Made by a program: the position numbers and the translations under genes. This document shows positions 1-12,200 of a stretch of DNA of 27,730 nt, one piece after another (position 1 is the first letter of the stretch; each line of letters starts with the position of its first letter). Origin of the DNA: Atractiella rhizophila (Eukaryota); assembly GCA_021432655.1 (NCBI GenBank), contig MU271212.1:124001-151730 (forward strand), in the 5' to 3' direction. Below the pieces are notes generated by a model that was not told the DNA's origin, searched no databases, and worked only from the letters and a program-made list of their open reading frames with translations.

Positions 1-46
1 TACATAACAAGACCGTTATACACTCATTATTTCGCATTCAAGTCTT

Positions 47-960
47 TCACAATCTTTCGTCCATAGTGCTCCTTCTTCTTTTCTTCTCCGTGTGTTCTTC
101 AGTATTTTGAGCATCGATTTTCTTATTCACAGCACCAAGTAGCGCTTGCCTATCGTCACAACGCACTCAGTCTGACTAAGACTAAAAATGGAGAGGGAGA
201 ATGACATACAGGAGGAATTCGCTTGTAACGCGTCCAGGATATGAAACGGTGTCAACGATATCTCTAATGCCATGTTCGGCCTTCAGGTCGTCGTCCAACT
301 CTCGCAAGAACTCCTCCGCATCCGGGTCGTCACCGATCTGTAGAAACTGGACTCCAAGTTGGAAAGGGGGGAACCGTCCGTCGTCCAATCTGCCGGCCAT
401 TTCGACAATGACTTCTTTGACGAGGTCAGGGTCGTCCGCGCGTCCATCGGTGATGACAAGGAGGAGGAGCGGCTTGGGCCGTGGTTTTCCATCTCGTTTG
501 GCGTCTTCGAGGGCATCGACGTACGGACGGAGGAGATCGTCGAGACGCATTCCTGTCGGAGTGGAACCGAAGGGGGTTGGACGGAGTGAAAGAGGTTTTC
601 GATCGATTGAGGGTCTCGAGCGGACTCCAGCTGTTCGCCTGAATTCATGAAATACACGTCCAATCCGTCCCCGGTCATACTGCAGACATCGTTCCGCGAC
701 ACCCATCAGCGCGCCCTGCACATCGGGCCAGAGAACGNNNNNNNNNNNNNNNNNNNNNNNNNGGAGGAGTTGCGAGAGAGGGGATCGGGATTGACGACGC
801 GGGCTGAGATTCGGTTGCCTCGTATCCGAAAGTCCTCCGGACTGCGAGGAGCGGCAGGAGAGGTGGCAATTTCGTACGATGGCGGTGGGGGACCCGTGGG
901 GATGGCGACGTTGAGCGGATTAGGCTCTCTATATGCGTTTGATGTGCGGTTGCGTGACAT
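47..960 (-). CDS. von Willebrand factor A (vWA) domain protein, fungal type; spans an assembly gap and has two apparent frameshifts
   Basis: Spliced and frame-corrected translation: ...WPDVQGALMGVAERCLQYDRDGLDVYFMN...LFHSVQPFGSTPTGMRL...LLVITDGRADD...GVQFLQIGDDPDAEEFLRELDDDL...RDIVDT...EFLL|QALLGAVNKKID...ERL*. Intron 150-209 (GTATGT...ATAG), stop at 47-49. Start at 960 is inferred across the gap 738-762. Confidence 0.8.
738..762. other. Assembly gap (25 N)
   Basis: Run of N. Confidence 1.
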
Positions 961-2245
961 GAATAATACTTCTACACTTGCAGTAAGCAGTCAGTGAATG
1001 GGCGTCATATGTCAAAAATAAGTGTGATGAACAAGTTGTGTGGCGACTCAAATGCAGTTCTGTGCGCATTAGCGTCACAGCGACTATTTTTCTGACAACT
1101 CCTCTGGCAACAACCAGAACTGAGTTCAGGAATGGACAGAAATCCAATCTAGACCCTCATAGGAAGAGCTGGCTGTGAGACGGCGCAAATGACAAGCCTC
1201 TTTCACGAGCACTTGGTCCCTCCCCTAACTGATGGTGAGCTCAGCAGACTGAGCGAGACGACCACTTTGAGTATCCATCACTGGCGCACTCTTCTGTCAC
1301 TTCTTCGGACCCACACCAGAATCCAGGGTTCATAGCGTTAAGCAGATTTAACATTCTCGACATTCTGCAACTTTTCATGTCTCGCCATAACTTGGCGGAC
1401 CAACAGAAGGCAGGTTTAGCAGCCATCAAAGACCAAAAATGGACTGACGTCCTCTGCCCAAGGAGAACAACGATCAGATCGCTATATTTAGGTAAAACTC
1501 CTGTCTGCCTTCGTTCTTGGAACGATGAGTAGCATAACAGCTCCCTCCATCTCTGCAGGGCACCGATGTTATCAAAGCAAGTAAAGTCAACGGATGCATG
1601 TGAACAAGGACAAAAGCTCATTTTACGTCTGAGGATGCGATTCATTCCTCCTTGGACATTGAAGTAAGGGAATCGCCTCATCCGTAGAATGAAACACTGT
1701 AGCCCATTCTTGCATTGTAATCAAGTAATCAACTTAAGCAGGATTATGAGCAGTCTGAAAAGCTTTGAAAGGAGTGGCACCATCCAACCCCTGGAAATAT
1801 CGCCTCCTCTTTACACATCCAAGCAGAAACGCACCTTTGTTCGAGTAACCAAACTCCTCCTTTCGACTTTTCTTAGATCTCTCTTGAAGACAACGATGTG
1901 AGGTCACACAAAGCGAGCCTTGGTCGTTCTTTTGAGCATTCGCCCCTGCCGTAGAACGGAGTCACGGATTCAGATCAGGTGATGTCGTATTTTCGTTCCG
2001 CTCCTTCCGGCACGGTATCTCCGCCCCGATCAATCTTTCCGGCGGCCTTTAACGGGCAACAGTTGCAGGTAATATAGGACTACGGGAACGTAGTGGCGGG
2101 TGGCAGATGACTCCTTCTCGCTGAGATAAAAGATAAAATCTTGATTGATCATTGACCAGATCTGCCTCTCCTCTCACCAACACTTTGCCCACTCACACCC
2201 ACACCTTTTATCTCACGTGCCCGATTACTGCTTCGATCTAAAAGA

Positions 2246-3342
2246 ATGGCCATCCGTACGTCGCCTGCTTCTTCTCATATTTGCCATCTCCATGTTGCGT
2301 AACGTATTCTTTATCCACGGAACAGGCGTCCGCTTCGAGTCTTCTGCCGACGTCGGCGTCTTTGCCACCCTCACCAACTCCTTCTGCCTCTCCTCCGCCT
2401 CGTCCGGCTCCACCAACTTCTACTCGACCTTCGAATCCGAGCTATCAGGCGTCATCCCCGTCGTGCAAACCACCATCGCAGGGACTCGGATCATCGGTCG
2501 ATTGACTGCCGGTCCGTTTGGCTCTTTCCCCTCAGGTGTAGAAGAGTATTGACGATTTGACGATTTGACGATTTAACTCTGTGGGTTGACACATCAGGCA
2601 ATCGACATGGCCTCCTCGTACCCAGTACAACGACCGATCAGGAGCTTCAACACCTCAGAAACTCCTTACCGGACAATGTGGCCCTCCAACGCATCGAAGA
2701 GCGCCTGTCAGCGCTCGGGAACGTCATCGCTTGCAACGATTATGTCGCTTTGGTCCATCCGGACCTGGATCGAGAGACGGAGGAGATCATCAGCGACATT
2801 CTGAAGGTACCGTTCTCCTTCCCCTTCGAAATGAAGGAATTAGGAAATTTGAGACAATGGACCTGATGAGGCTTGATAGGTCGAGGTGTTTAGACAGACG
2901 ATCGCGGACCAACTTATGGTCGGATCGTACTGTCGCATATCCAATCTGGGAGCAATCGTCCATCCGAAAACAAAGGTAGAAGATCAGGACGAGCTATCAT
3001 CGCTTCTTCAAGTACCACTCGTCGTAAGACGCCCTCTCCATTTTCAAAAGCTTAACGAGAAGGAGAGAAATGCTGATGGGTGATGGATAGGCGGGAACAG
3101 TGAACCGGGGTAGCGACGTGATCGGCGCAGGTTTGATAGTCAACGGTACGTCCCCCGTCCACTCCGTATCCGCTTTGAGACTTGATGTATTGATGGACGC
3201 GTGAACAGACTGGTGCGCTTTCACCGGGATTGATACCACCGCGACGGAGCTCTCAGTGATCGACGCGGCTTTCAAGCTTCAGAATCAGGATGCAGGTGCC
3301 ATACAGGGAATGAGGGATACCATCATTGATAGTTTTGCTTGA
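2246..3342 (+). CDS. TIF6: Eukaryotic translation initiation factor 6 (60S anti-association factor), complete, 6 exons
   Basis: Exons 2246-2255, 2326-2511, 2598-2806, 2880-3023, 3091-3145, 3209-3342, all GT-AG. Translation [22 protein letters not shown]...[19 protein letters not shown]...[36 protein letters not shown]...[14 protein letters not shown]...[19 protein letters not shown]... is unmistakable eIF6. Confidence 0.98.
2549..2574 (+). repeat. 8-bp tandem repeat (TTGACGAT)x3 in eIF6 intron 2
   Basis: ttgacgat ttgacgat ttgacgat tt read directly. Confidence 0.9.
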
Positions 3343-3574
3343 TCCTGTCTCTCATACCACTCGACTGTAACGATCAAGAGAGTATTCAAGCGATGTATGA
3401 AATAGATGTTGTACGTCGACCCATCGGACGTCTGTCAAACTTGAGAGAAGAGAGAGAAAAAATGAGGAAAAGGAAATTGTAAGCCTGAGCCTCAAACGTT
3501 TCATCCGCTTGGTAATTACAACAATTGATCCTCTCCTCCTCATCCCATCGACACACCTCCTAAGCTAAGCAAGT

Positions 3575-4418
3575 TCAACTAGAACTCCCCGGTTTCCTGC
3601 CCACACAAACAACGAACGGAAACCTCCTCTTCCCTCCGCTCTCCACCTCCTTCTCGACCTCAAACGCCGTCATCACACTCACATCTTCAAACCCAGCCTG
3701 CAGGAAGAGAGACGTCATCTCCGCCTTGTCTAGTCCGTGCCGCTCAACACCTTCCATCTTGCTCTCGGGATGGAACGAGCGCGACCATTCCGTGAGTTCG
3801 AAGTCGGAGACGAGGAGGTGGCCGCCGGGCTTGAGGATGGAGAAGAGGACGGAGAGGATGGAGAAGAGGGAGGGGATGTGGTGGAATACCTGATAATCAG
3901 GAATCAACTCTACAACCAATGCCGGTCTGCAGGCAGCAAGCGAGTCTAAAGTATGGAATCGAGTTGAGGAGATGAGGACGAACTAGATGAGATAGAGCCA
4001 CATCAAACTCTCCCCATCTCTCCATGACCTGTTCCTTTCTCTCCAACAGCATAACCGTACCCTCCATCCTCTTCTTCCCACCGTTATGATCCTCTCCATT
4101 CACCTTCTCCGCCTTCTCGTTAAATTTCGCCATCATCCCCTCACTCATCTCCACCCCCAACAAGAACCCAACACGCGGCGCAACGAGCGTGGAGAGGAGT
4201 CCTGTCCCGCATCCGAGCTCGAGGACGCGCGTGGTGGGTGTGAGGAGGGAGGAGTGGGCGGTGGAGAGGTGGTTGAAGAAGAGGGAGGAGGAGAGACGGG
4301 TCGTCGCGTTGGAATCCCAATCTGCGATCGTGCCGTTAGCCAGAGAGCGATGAGTTGGAGTATAGAAGGAAGACGCACTCTCTGCTTCGGCGTCGAAGCG
4401 CGTTTGGGATGAAGACAT
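3575..4418 (-). CDS. Class I SAM-dependent methyltransferase, copy 1 (3 exons)
   Basis: Exons 4418-4379, 4321-3984, 3889-3575. Motif I VLELGCGTG, then FDVALSHL|VFHHIP and LKPGGHLLVSDF. Confidence 0.92.
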
Positions 4419-4919
4419 CAGAGACGAATGTGTTGTAGGTCTAGATGTACATCACTATCAACGCTTCTAACGAAGGTCCTGTGTACTTTAAAAAGAGCTT
4501 CCATCATGATGGACAACTGTAACGCTTGTAATCCTTCGGCGCTTCAGCTTGGATAGGCACAGGGCATATACTTCAAACAGTTCTCTAGTCGGGACCACAG
4601 TATTCCCAAGTTATTTCGGCCGTGGATGTGACATCGCTTGAAAGGGCAGCGGCACTGGAATTGAGAGGAGATGAATGCGCATCTTACACACCTAGAACCT
4701 CTACTGAGTCTCACTCTTGCTGAGTTACTTTTATATAGCCTATCTGATCCGCTCGCTTCGTAATAACGAAGCAGGATGAAGGAAAGATAGATCGTTGAAC
4801 GAGCTTCGATTGATCGACATCGAGTTTAGAATCACGTGGAGTTGACAACATTTATTCCAACAAATATTACACTGTGAGTGGTTACATTTTGAATTCCTAA
4901 TAAGAATTCCCTTGTCTCA

Positions 4920-5213
4920 TCAACTCCTCAATGATGACCAGTTTTCTTCGTCCCCTGGTCGCAATCTCGCCGCCTTTTGAGCACATCGTGATGATTCCTC
5001 TTGTCCCTTCCTTCTCATTATCGAAACTCTCAACCGGAGAATCTCCGCCATCTCTTCTTTAGTCATATCTTCGCTTATGGATTCGTGGTCGACAGGAGGG
5101 AGTATACCTTCTGCTTCTTCTCCCTTTCCTTCTTCCATGCGTACCCGCGCGATGGCTAGGCGGAGTGAAATGGAGGAGGGGAAACGATGGAGGGCAGAGG
5201 AGAGTAGGGCAGA
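4920..5213 (-). pseudogene. SKI3: 3' fragment of SKI3 (last exon), running into the gap
   Basis: Matches 9262-9558. Translates to ...EEGKGEEAEGILPPVDHESISEDMTKEEMAEILRLR...RLRPGDEENWSSLRS*. Confidence 0.85.
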
Positions 5214-5238
5214 NNNNNNNNNNNNNNNNNNNNNNNNN
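5214..5238. other. Assembly gap (25 N)
   Basis: Run of N. Confidence 1.
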
Positions 5239-7306
5239 GTCTAACCTATACGCTGTCATGCTAGGCTGGTATTCAACCAGGCGCTAGCAGACAGATTTGT
5301 GGAGCTGGATAGTTCGGAGTAGTCCAAGTAACAGAGTTTAAAGGATTAAGGAAGTAAAGCTTCCCCTTCTCTTCCCATGGAAGTCTTGCAGCGACTACTA
5401 GAGAAGGCAGAGAGCTAGGTCCAGTCCTACCTGGTTTCGCTGTATTAGCAACGTTCGCTACTGCAAGGGCTCGCGACTGTCTGCGAGAAGCTACGCAACC
5501 TCCCGGTGTAACAGGCCATTCCTCAAAGACTCCACAACTTCGAGGACTAGCCAGCAACATGACCCATGCTCCTCCGGTACAGCTAACGGACTACACAGTA
5601 GGGTGTCTCTATTTAGCAGTTTAGCAGTTTAGCAGTTATGAGAAGACGAAGACTCCCTTTCTCGGTTTGCCTGGCCGTCAGTTAGCTGGCTACTAGGCTC
5701 AGGGACGCTACCACCAAACGTGCTGCCCCTACTGCGGACTATCGAGCCTAAGCTTCCAGCTCATCTTCAACCACCTCGGCCTGCTCCGCCTCCTCTCCGT
5801 CTTCCTCAACCACTCCCACCGTTTCTGCGGCTGCAGCCGCCTTCTGAGCTTCGCCTGCGGACAAGGCAGCTATTTTTTATTCAATGTTTTGTACCTCTGT
5901 CATTTACACTCCTCCTCTTCTCTTCGTCCGCTGCGTGCCTACCGGTAAGAAAATCTAGCTTCGTCATTAGCCCGTGCACTCTATTTTCCGCACCTACACT
6001 CACCCGTTTCACAACCACTCTCCTCTCCGTCTAGACCAGTTACTAGTTAGTTCTAAAATAGAAAATAGAGTCGCTCTTCCTCAGTAGACGGTGGGCGGTG
6101 ATGCAAGGGCATCAGGATATAATGGACGTTGACACGGGCAATTTCCGGCGGCCTTTCTAACTAGCCCCGCCTCTATGGCACGGCCTTCCGGCTCGCCTTG
6201 CTTTTATGCTGTAGTGGACTAGACTTAGGCACTGAGGCAAGATGCCGTCCCCGCTTACGAGTTTTCTTGCTGGTTCCGAGCGAAACACACTGGAGTGTAG
6301 CAACAGAAGTTCTCTCTAAATTCTTTTCAGCTTTTCCTCCTCAAACCAATGAGCTTGTTTCCACGCAAAGACGAACCTACACATTTCTCCTCCGCTATAA
6401 AGGTCCCCAACCTACCATGGTGGGGAAAGTTTCGAAAAGTCTGTCGAGTATTAGGACGAATTCAACTAATGAACTAATGTTACGTTCTTACCCGATGTCA
6501 CAAAGTAAGATGCCTACTCCGCTAAGTGAATGAAGTTACAGGTTCCTCCTTACTTAGCGTAGGAGTCTGGATTTTACTCGAGAACAGAAACAAGTGTACC
6601 TAAGCAACTGAAATGAACGAAACTATTGTAGCCACGGGACGTCTCTACCTCCCTCGACAATACGATGAGTAGCAAGGTTCTTGCTTCCGTCTGTCCTCAA
6701 AAAATGGATTTATATCGCTAGACTAGCAACAAGAGGAACCCGTCTCCTGCAGTCAGGTAAAAACCAGAAACTACCGACGATTTGGACGGAAGACAACCAG
6801 GCGGTTCAATACCGCTCTGTACTTTTCAACGTCTTACAGCTCTTACAATTTAGACGAATTGCGATACTTGGGACCTAAGACCACACCCAGGCTTCTTCAC
6901 TGTCTTCTCACGCGGTCACTACCTATGAGTTTCACCAGCAGAGCGAGTCAGACGACTCGAGTGGTAGTCAATCCCCTCCCTGGTTCACGAGCACTTTCTC
7001 CGAACAGTAAACGCGGCAGAGTGTCGGTCGAGAAGGATACTCCCAGATCTAACCTAAAGACAGGTAAGGACTTGAGTCAAGACCAACAACGGTCTCCTCA
7101 ACAGTCTTTTTATCAGGCGACACTGCGATTTACGCGTGTCTTGACGTAAACTCAGCGGTGTGTTGAACAAGTAGTGTGAATAAAAACTGTATACTGCGGG
7201 TAAGTGACTGACGAATGACGTTCACATCTTCATAATAAGTACAGTGCGTTGGCGTGTAGTTTGCGTATATCTCTCGGATTAGGCGAGTTGCAGCGGTAGG
7301 GGTGCC
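5239..7306. mobile_element. Degenerate TpA-rich sequence, possibly a hypermutated transposon or repeat relic (family unidentified)
   Basis: No intact recognisable ORF. Abundant CTA/TAG (hand count 18 TpA vs 8 ApT in 5281-5580). Minus-strand acidic reading AAAAETVGVVEEDGEEAEQAEVVEDELEA*AR*S is interrupted by TAG stops. No transposase or RT motif seen. Confidence 0.4.
5612..5637 (+). repeat. 8-bp tandem repeat (TTTAGCAG)x3
   Basis: Read directly. Confidence 0.9.
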
Positions 7307-7700
7307 GGAGCAATCGTCCATCCGAAAACCAAGGTAGAAGATCAGGACGAGCTATCATCGCTTCTTCAAGTACCACTCGTCGTAAGCTGCCCCTCATCTT
7401 TCAACAACTTAATCAGAAGGAGGGAAATGCTGATGGATGGATGGATAGGCGGGAACAGTGAACCGTGGAAGCGATGTGATCGGCGCAGGTTTGATAGTCA
7501 ACGGTACGTCTGCCCATCCACTCCGTATCCACTTGAGACTTGATTTCTTGATGCATGTGTAAACAGACTGGTGCGCTTTCACCGGGATTGATACCACCGC
7601 GACGGAGCTCTCAGTGATCGACGCAGCTTTCAAGCTTCAGAATCAGGATGCGGGTGCCATACAGGGAATGAGGGATACCATCATTGATAGCTTTGCTTGA
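7307..7700 (+). pseudogene. TIF6: 5'-truncated eIF6 copy (end of exon 4, exons 5-6, introns retained)
   Basis: Begins abruptly at [16 protein letters not shown]. Protein identical to copy 1 through to DSFA* (TGA 7698-7700). Upstream sequence is unrelated. Confidence 0.92.
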
Positions 7701-7928
7701 TCTTGTCTCTCATACCGCTCGACTGTAACGATCAAGAGAGTACTCAAGCGATGTATGAAATAGAGGTTGTACGTCGGCCCATTGGACGTCTGTCAAACGT
7801 GAGAGAGAGAACAAAATGAGGAAAAGGAAATTGTAAGCCTGAGCCTCAAACGTTTCATCCGCTTGGTAATCACAACAATTGATCCTCTCCTCCTCATCCC
7901 ATCGACACACCTCCTAAGCTAAGCAAGT

Positions 7929-8770
7929 TCAACCAGAACTGCCCGGTTTCCTGCCCACACAAACAACGAACGGAAACCTCCTCTTCCCTCCGCTCTCCAC
8001 CTCCTTCTCGACCTCAAACGCCGTCGTCACACTCACATCCCCAAACCCAGCCTGCACGAAGAGAGACGTCATCTCCGCCTTGTCTAGTCCGTGCCGCTCG
8101 ACACCTTCCATCTTGCTCTCGGGATGGAAGGAGCGCGACCATTCTGTAAGTTCGAAGTCGGAGACGAGGAGGTGGCCGCCCGGCTTGAGGATGGAGAAGA
8201 GGACGGAGAGGATGGCGGAGAGGGAGGGGATGTGGTGGAATACCTGATAATCAGGAATCAACTCTACAATCAATGCCGGTCTGCAGGCAGCAAGCGAGTC
8301 TAAAGTATGGAATCGAGTTGAGGAGATGAGGACGAACTAGATGAGATAGAACCACATCAAACTCTGCCCATCTCTCCATGACCTGTTCCTTTCTCTCCAA
8401 CAGCATAACCGTACCCTCCATCCTCTTCTTCCCACCATTATGGTCCTCTCCATTCACCTTCTCCGCCTTCTCATTAAATTTCGCCATCATCCCCTCACTC
8501 ATCTCCACCCCCAACAAGAACCCAACACCTGGCGCAACGAGCGTGGAGAGGAGTCCTGTCCCGCATCCGAGCTCGAGGACGCGCGTGGTGGGTGTGAGGA
8601 GGGAGGAGTGGGTGGTGGAGAGGTGGTTGAAGAAGAGGGAGGAGGAGAGACGGGTCGCTGCGTTGGAATCCCAATCTGCGATCGTCCCATTAGCCCAAGT
8701 GATGAGTTGGAGTATAGAAGGAAGACGCACTCTCTGCTTCAGCGTCGAAGCGCGTTTGGGATGAAGACAT
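7929..8770 (-). CDS. Class I SAM-dependent methyltransferase, copy 2 (3 exons, intact)
   Basis: Same exon structure and motifs as 3575-4418, with about 11 amino-acid differences and no stops or frameshifts. Confidence 0.92.
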
Positions 8771-9261
8771 CAGAGACGAATGTGTTGTAGGTCTAGATGT
8801 ACATCACTATCAACGCTTGGAACGAAGGTCCTCTGTAATTTAGAAAGAGCCTCCATGATGGACAACTGCAACACTTGTAATCCTTCGGGGCTTTAGCTTG
8901 GATAGGCGCAGGGCATATGCTTCAAACGGTTCTCTAGCATGGACCACAGTGTGTCCATGTTATTTCAGCCGTGGATGTGAAATCGCTTGGAAGGGCAGGT
9001 TTGGAATTGAGGGGAGTGAATGTGCATCTTACACACCTAGAACCTCTACTGAATCTCACTCTCACCAAGTTACTTTTATATAGCCTATCTGATCCTCGTT
9101 TCGTAATAACGAAGCTGGATGAAGGATCGTTGAACAAGCTTCGATTGATCGACATCGACCTTGGAATCACGTGGAGTATAGTTTTGACAACATTTATTCC
9201 AACAAATATTACACTGTGAGTGATTACACTTTGAATTCCTCACAAGAATTCCCTTGTCTCA

Positions 9262-12200
9262 TCAAATCCTCAATGATGACCAGTTTTCTTCGTCCCCTGG
9301 TCGCAATCTCGCCGCCTTTTGAGCACATCGTAATGATTCCTCCTCTTGTCCCTTCCCTCTCATTATCGAAGCTCTCAACCGGAGAATCTCCGCCATCTCT
9401 TCTTTCGTCATATCTTCGCTTATGGATTCGTGATCGATAGGAGGGAGTATGCCTTCTGCTTCTTCTCCCTTTCCTTCTTCCATGCGTACCCGCGCAATGG
9501 CTAGGCGAAGTGAAATGGAGGAGGGGAAACGATGGAGGGCAGAGGAGAGTAGGGCAGAAGCTTTGGATATATCATGTGTGGAAACCGCCTAAATGTTTGT
9601 AACCGTCGATGGTCAACATTGTTCAGGAAACAGCAGAGGGGAGGGGAACGAACATGAAGAGCCATGAGTCTATCTGCAACCTGAGTTGGGTCTTGTACTG
9701 CTTTAAGATGAGATGGAAGAGACGTCAAGTCCTTTATAGAGGCTTTGAGGAGTACTTCATCCTCTGTAGAGATCGCCATCGCAGCTAATGTAGTGGCTAG
9801 CTCAATTGATCTCTCTTTCTCACCGGCCCTATCAGACATGAAAGCAAACGTATCAGCCGGGTCTTCCTTCGATTCTTTTGGCCTGTAGAATAGAGGTTCA
9901 ATGAAAAAACCCACGCATCCAATAAAACGCTTTTAGCTTCATCTAGCTCATCCATCCTCCACAAGCCATGAGCATAGCCAACCGTTAGCTCAGTCTTCAC
10001 TATTCCTTCACTTCCCTCCAAAGCAGCATCTAGCGCTTCTCTCGCCCCTTCTTTATCCTCGGCCCCTGCCCTGGCCAAACCCAGGAAGAGTCGACATTGT
10101 CTGAGAACATTCTCCATCCCCTCCTTATCCTCCAACAACCCTTCCGCTCCTTCTAGAGTTTCAATAGCTTCCTCCCAAGATTGAGAGCGGACCAGTACGC
10201 GACCGAGGTTGTACATGCACACTGCGTATTTTTTTTCTACAGCTGGGTCTTCTGATTTTTCGTATTCTGTTTCCAAGAGAGAAGCGGCACGAGAAAGAGC
10301 TCGCTTGGCGTCAGGGAGAGAGGAGACACTCTCAGACAGGAGCCCTTGAAGGTGAAGGGCCGTGGGATTGGTGGGATGTAGGGATATATAGCGGGTGAGT
10401 GAAAAGAGGGACGTTGTCATGGTTTCTGATATTTGGAATGCTGAGGCAGAGGAGGAAGAAGAGGCTAGTGTGGATTCTGGGTAGATGAGGTCAAGCTAGC
10501 AATGAGTTCATCAGACTAATTCTCCAATTCAAGCTGACAGACCTCTCCCGCTCGACCCAGAGATATAGCGTGTGCAGCGAGTGCGAGGGACTGGTCCTCC
10601 TCTCCATTTAAGCGTGCAACAATGCTTTGTCCAACCCACGCGAGGGAATGGTCCGGATCGAGTACTTGAGCTCTGAGGAAGGCTTGGTTTGCCAGTTGAA
10701 GATCGGAGTGGTGGATGTAGAAGAAACCCAGATTCGTCCACGCAACTGCACTCTTGAATCCGCAGCATGAGAACACCGACAAATATCAGGGGAAATAAAG
10801 CCAAAAAAAAAACGAACCCGGGAACTGAGTTCGATGGCACGAATGAAAGAATGTTGGGACAATCTCGGGCTTTCGTCAAATGCAAACACCCCAAGTGCAT
10901 TCCAGAACCCAGCATTCGAAGGCTCCTTTTGCAAAGCGGACTGAATGCATTGTATCGCCTGTAGCACGGTCTTTTCCTTTTCGATACCTTCTTGATTCTG
11001 ACAACGAAATACAGCCTGACCTAGGTCAAACCAAGCTGATCCTATGCTGTCATTATGATATTCCAAAAGAACGCGCAACTTGTACACCATCACGGAAGCG
11101 GCTATGAAGACGAAGGTAGAAGCTGAGTCTTCCACTGCTCCTTCCTCCTCTCTATCGGGTTGTAAGAGTTCTTGGACGGTTGACAGTGTGACAACAGTTA
11201 GGGAAGGTATTTGGGAATCGATCTCGTCTTTCTGGAGCAGGGGCAAGAGCGAAGAAATGCAACCGAGAGAAGCAGGACGGAGGGCTTGCTCTTCAAAAGT
11301 GGCGAGAGAATGAAGAGCATCTCCTACTATCTTCCATGCTATCCTTGACTCCACTCCATCGAGCAGAATTTTTGTTCCCTCTCTGAGGGCAAGGACAAAC
11401 GCCTCTTCCGCCCTCGCGAGAAAACCTTGTTGAAAAAGGGTCTGGCCTGATACGACCCTTGTTTCCGCGAGGATGAGATGAACCCCAAACTCATCAGGAT
11501 GCTCCGTTACAACCTCCTCGAATGTTGCGATCGACGAATCCAAGAGGCCCATATATCGCTGTGTCTCTCCAATGCAGAACTTGGCGTACCACCGCAACGA
11601 GTCGAGCTCGATCGCCCTCCCAAAACTCTTAAGGGCAGCGACAAACTTCCCTGAGTGTCGATAAGAGATCCCAAGTTTAAGCCAGGTGTGTGCGTCAGTC
11701 GGCGTTACTCTTAGCACGGATTGGAAGGCGACAGAAGCTTCGTTATAGCGCTTCTTCTTCAAATCCACGGATCCAATAGCTTTCCATGCCCATGCATCTT
11801 TAGCTGACATTGGCCTGCCGTTGGCATTCTCCGTAATGCGCCTAGCAACCACCTCCACCAGGTCCCATTCATTTTCTTCTGCGAACTGTTCAGCCAATCG
11901 TTTCGCAGCAATCTCTTCACTTGGATCGAGTTCGAACGCTTTTTGGAAGCATTTGGAAGAGCGAGAAAAGTCCGGAGGGGAAATGATGTCTGCATAGTAG
12001 ATCCCGAGCGATGTGAAAGAAGGTGCAAAGGTAGGAGTTGCGCGAATGGAAGATACAAAAGCTTGGAACGTGTAGTCGGTATTCGTGAGATATTCGCCTG
12101 CTTGCTCGCTAAGATTGACAACGCATGACGGAAAAACGTACCACCCATTCCCCAATAGCATTTTCCCAGCTTCCAAAGCACTCTAGCTTTCATCAGAGAC

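Larger units (their letters stand above)
2949..5213 (+). repeat. Segmental direct repeat 1, copy A (partner 7307-9558)
   Basis: Colinear match from ggagcaatcgtccatcc to agagtagggcaga, where copy A ends at the gap. Scattered substitutions and small indels. Confidence 0.97.
7307..9558 (+). repeat. Segmental direct repeat 1, copy B (partner 2949-5213)
   Basis: See copy A. Confidence 0.97.

Noticed and set aside
1241..1901. ORFs 1241-1681 (-) and 1689-1901 (+)
   Set aside because: No recognisable motif or consistent splice model. Possibly a decayed gene, but unsupported.
6361..7170. Possible decayed plus-strand ORF in the spacer
   Set aside because: Stop density in the best frame is about what random sequence gives, and there is no domain similarity.
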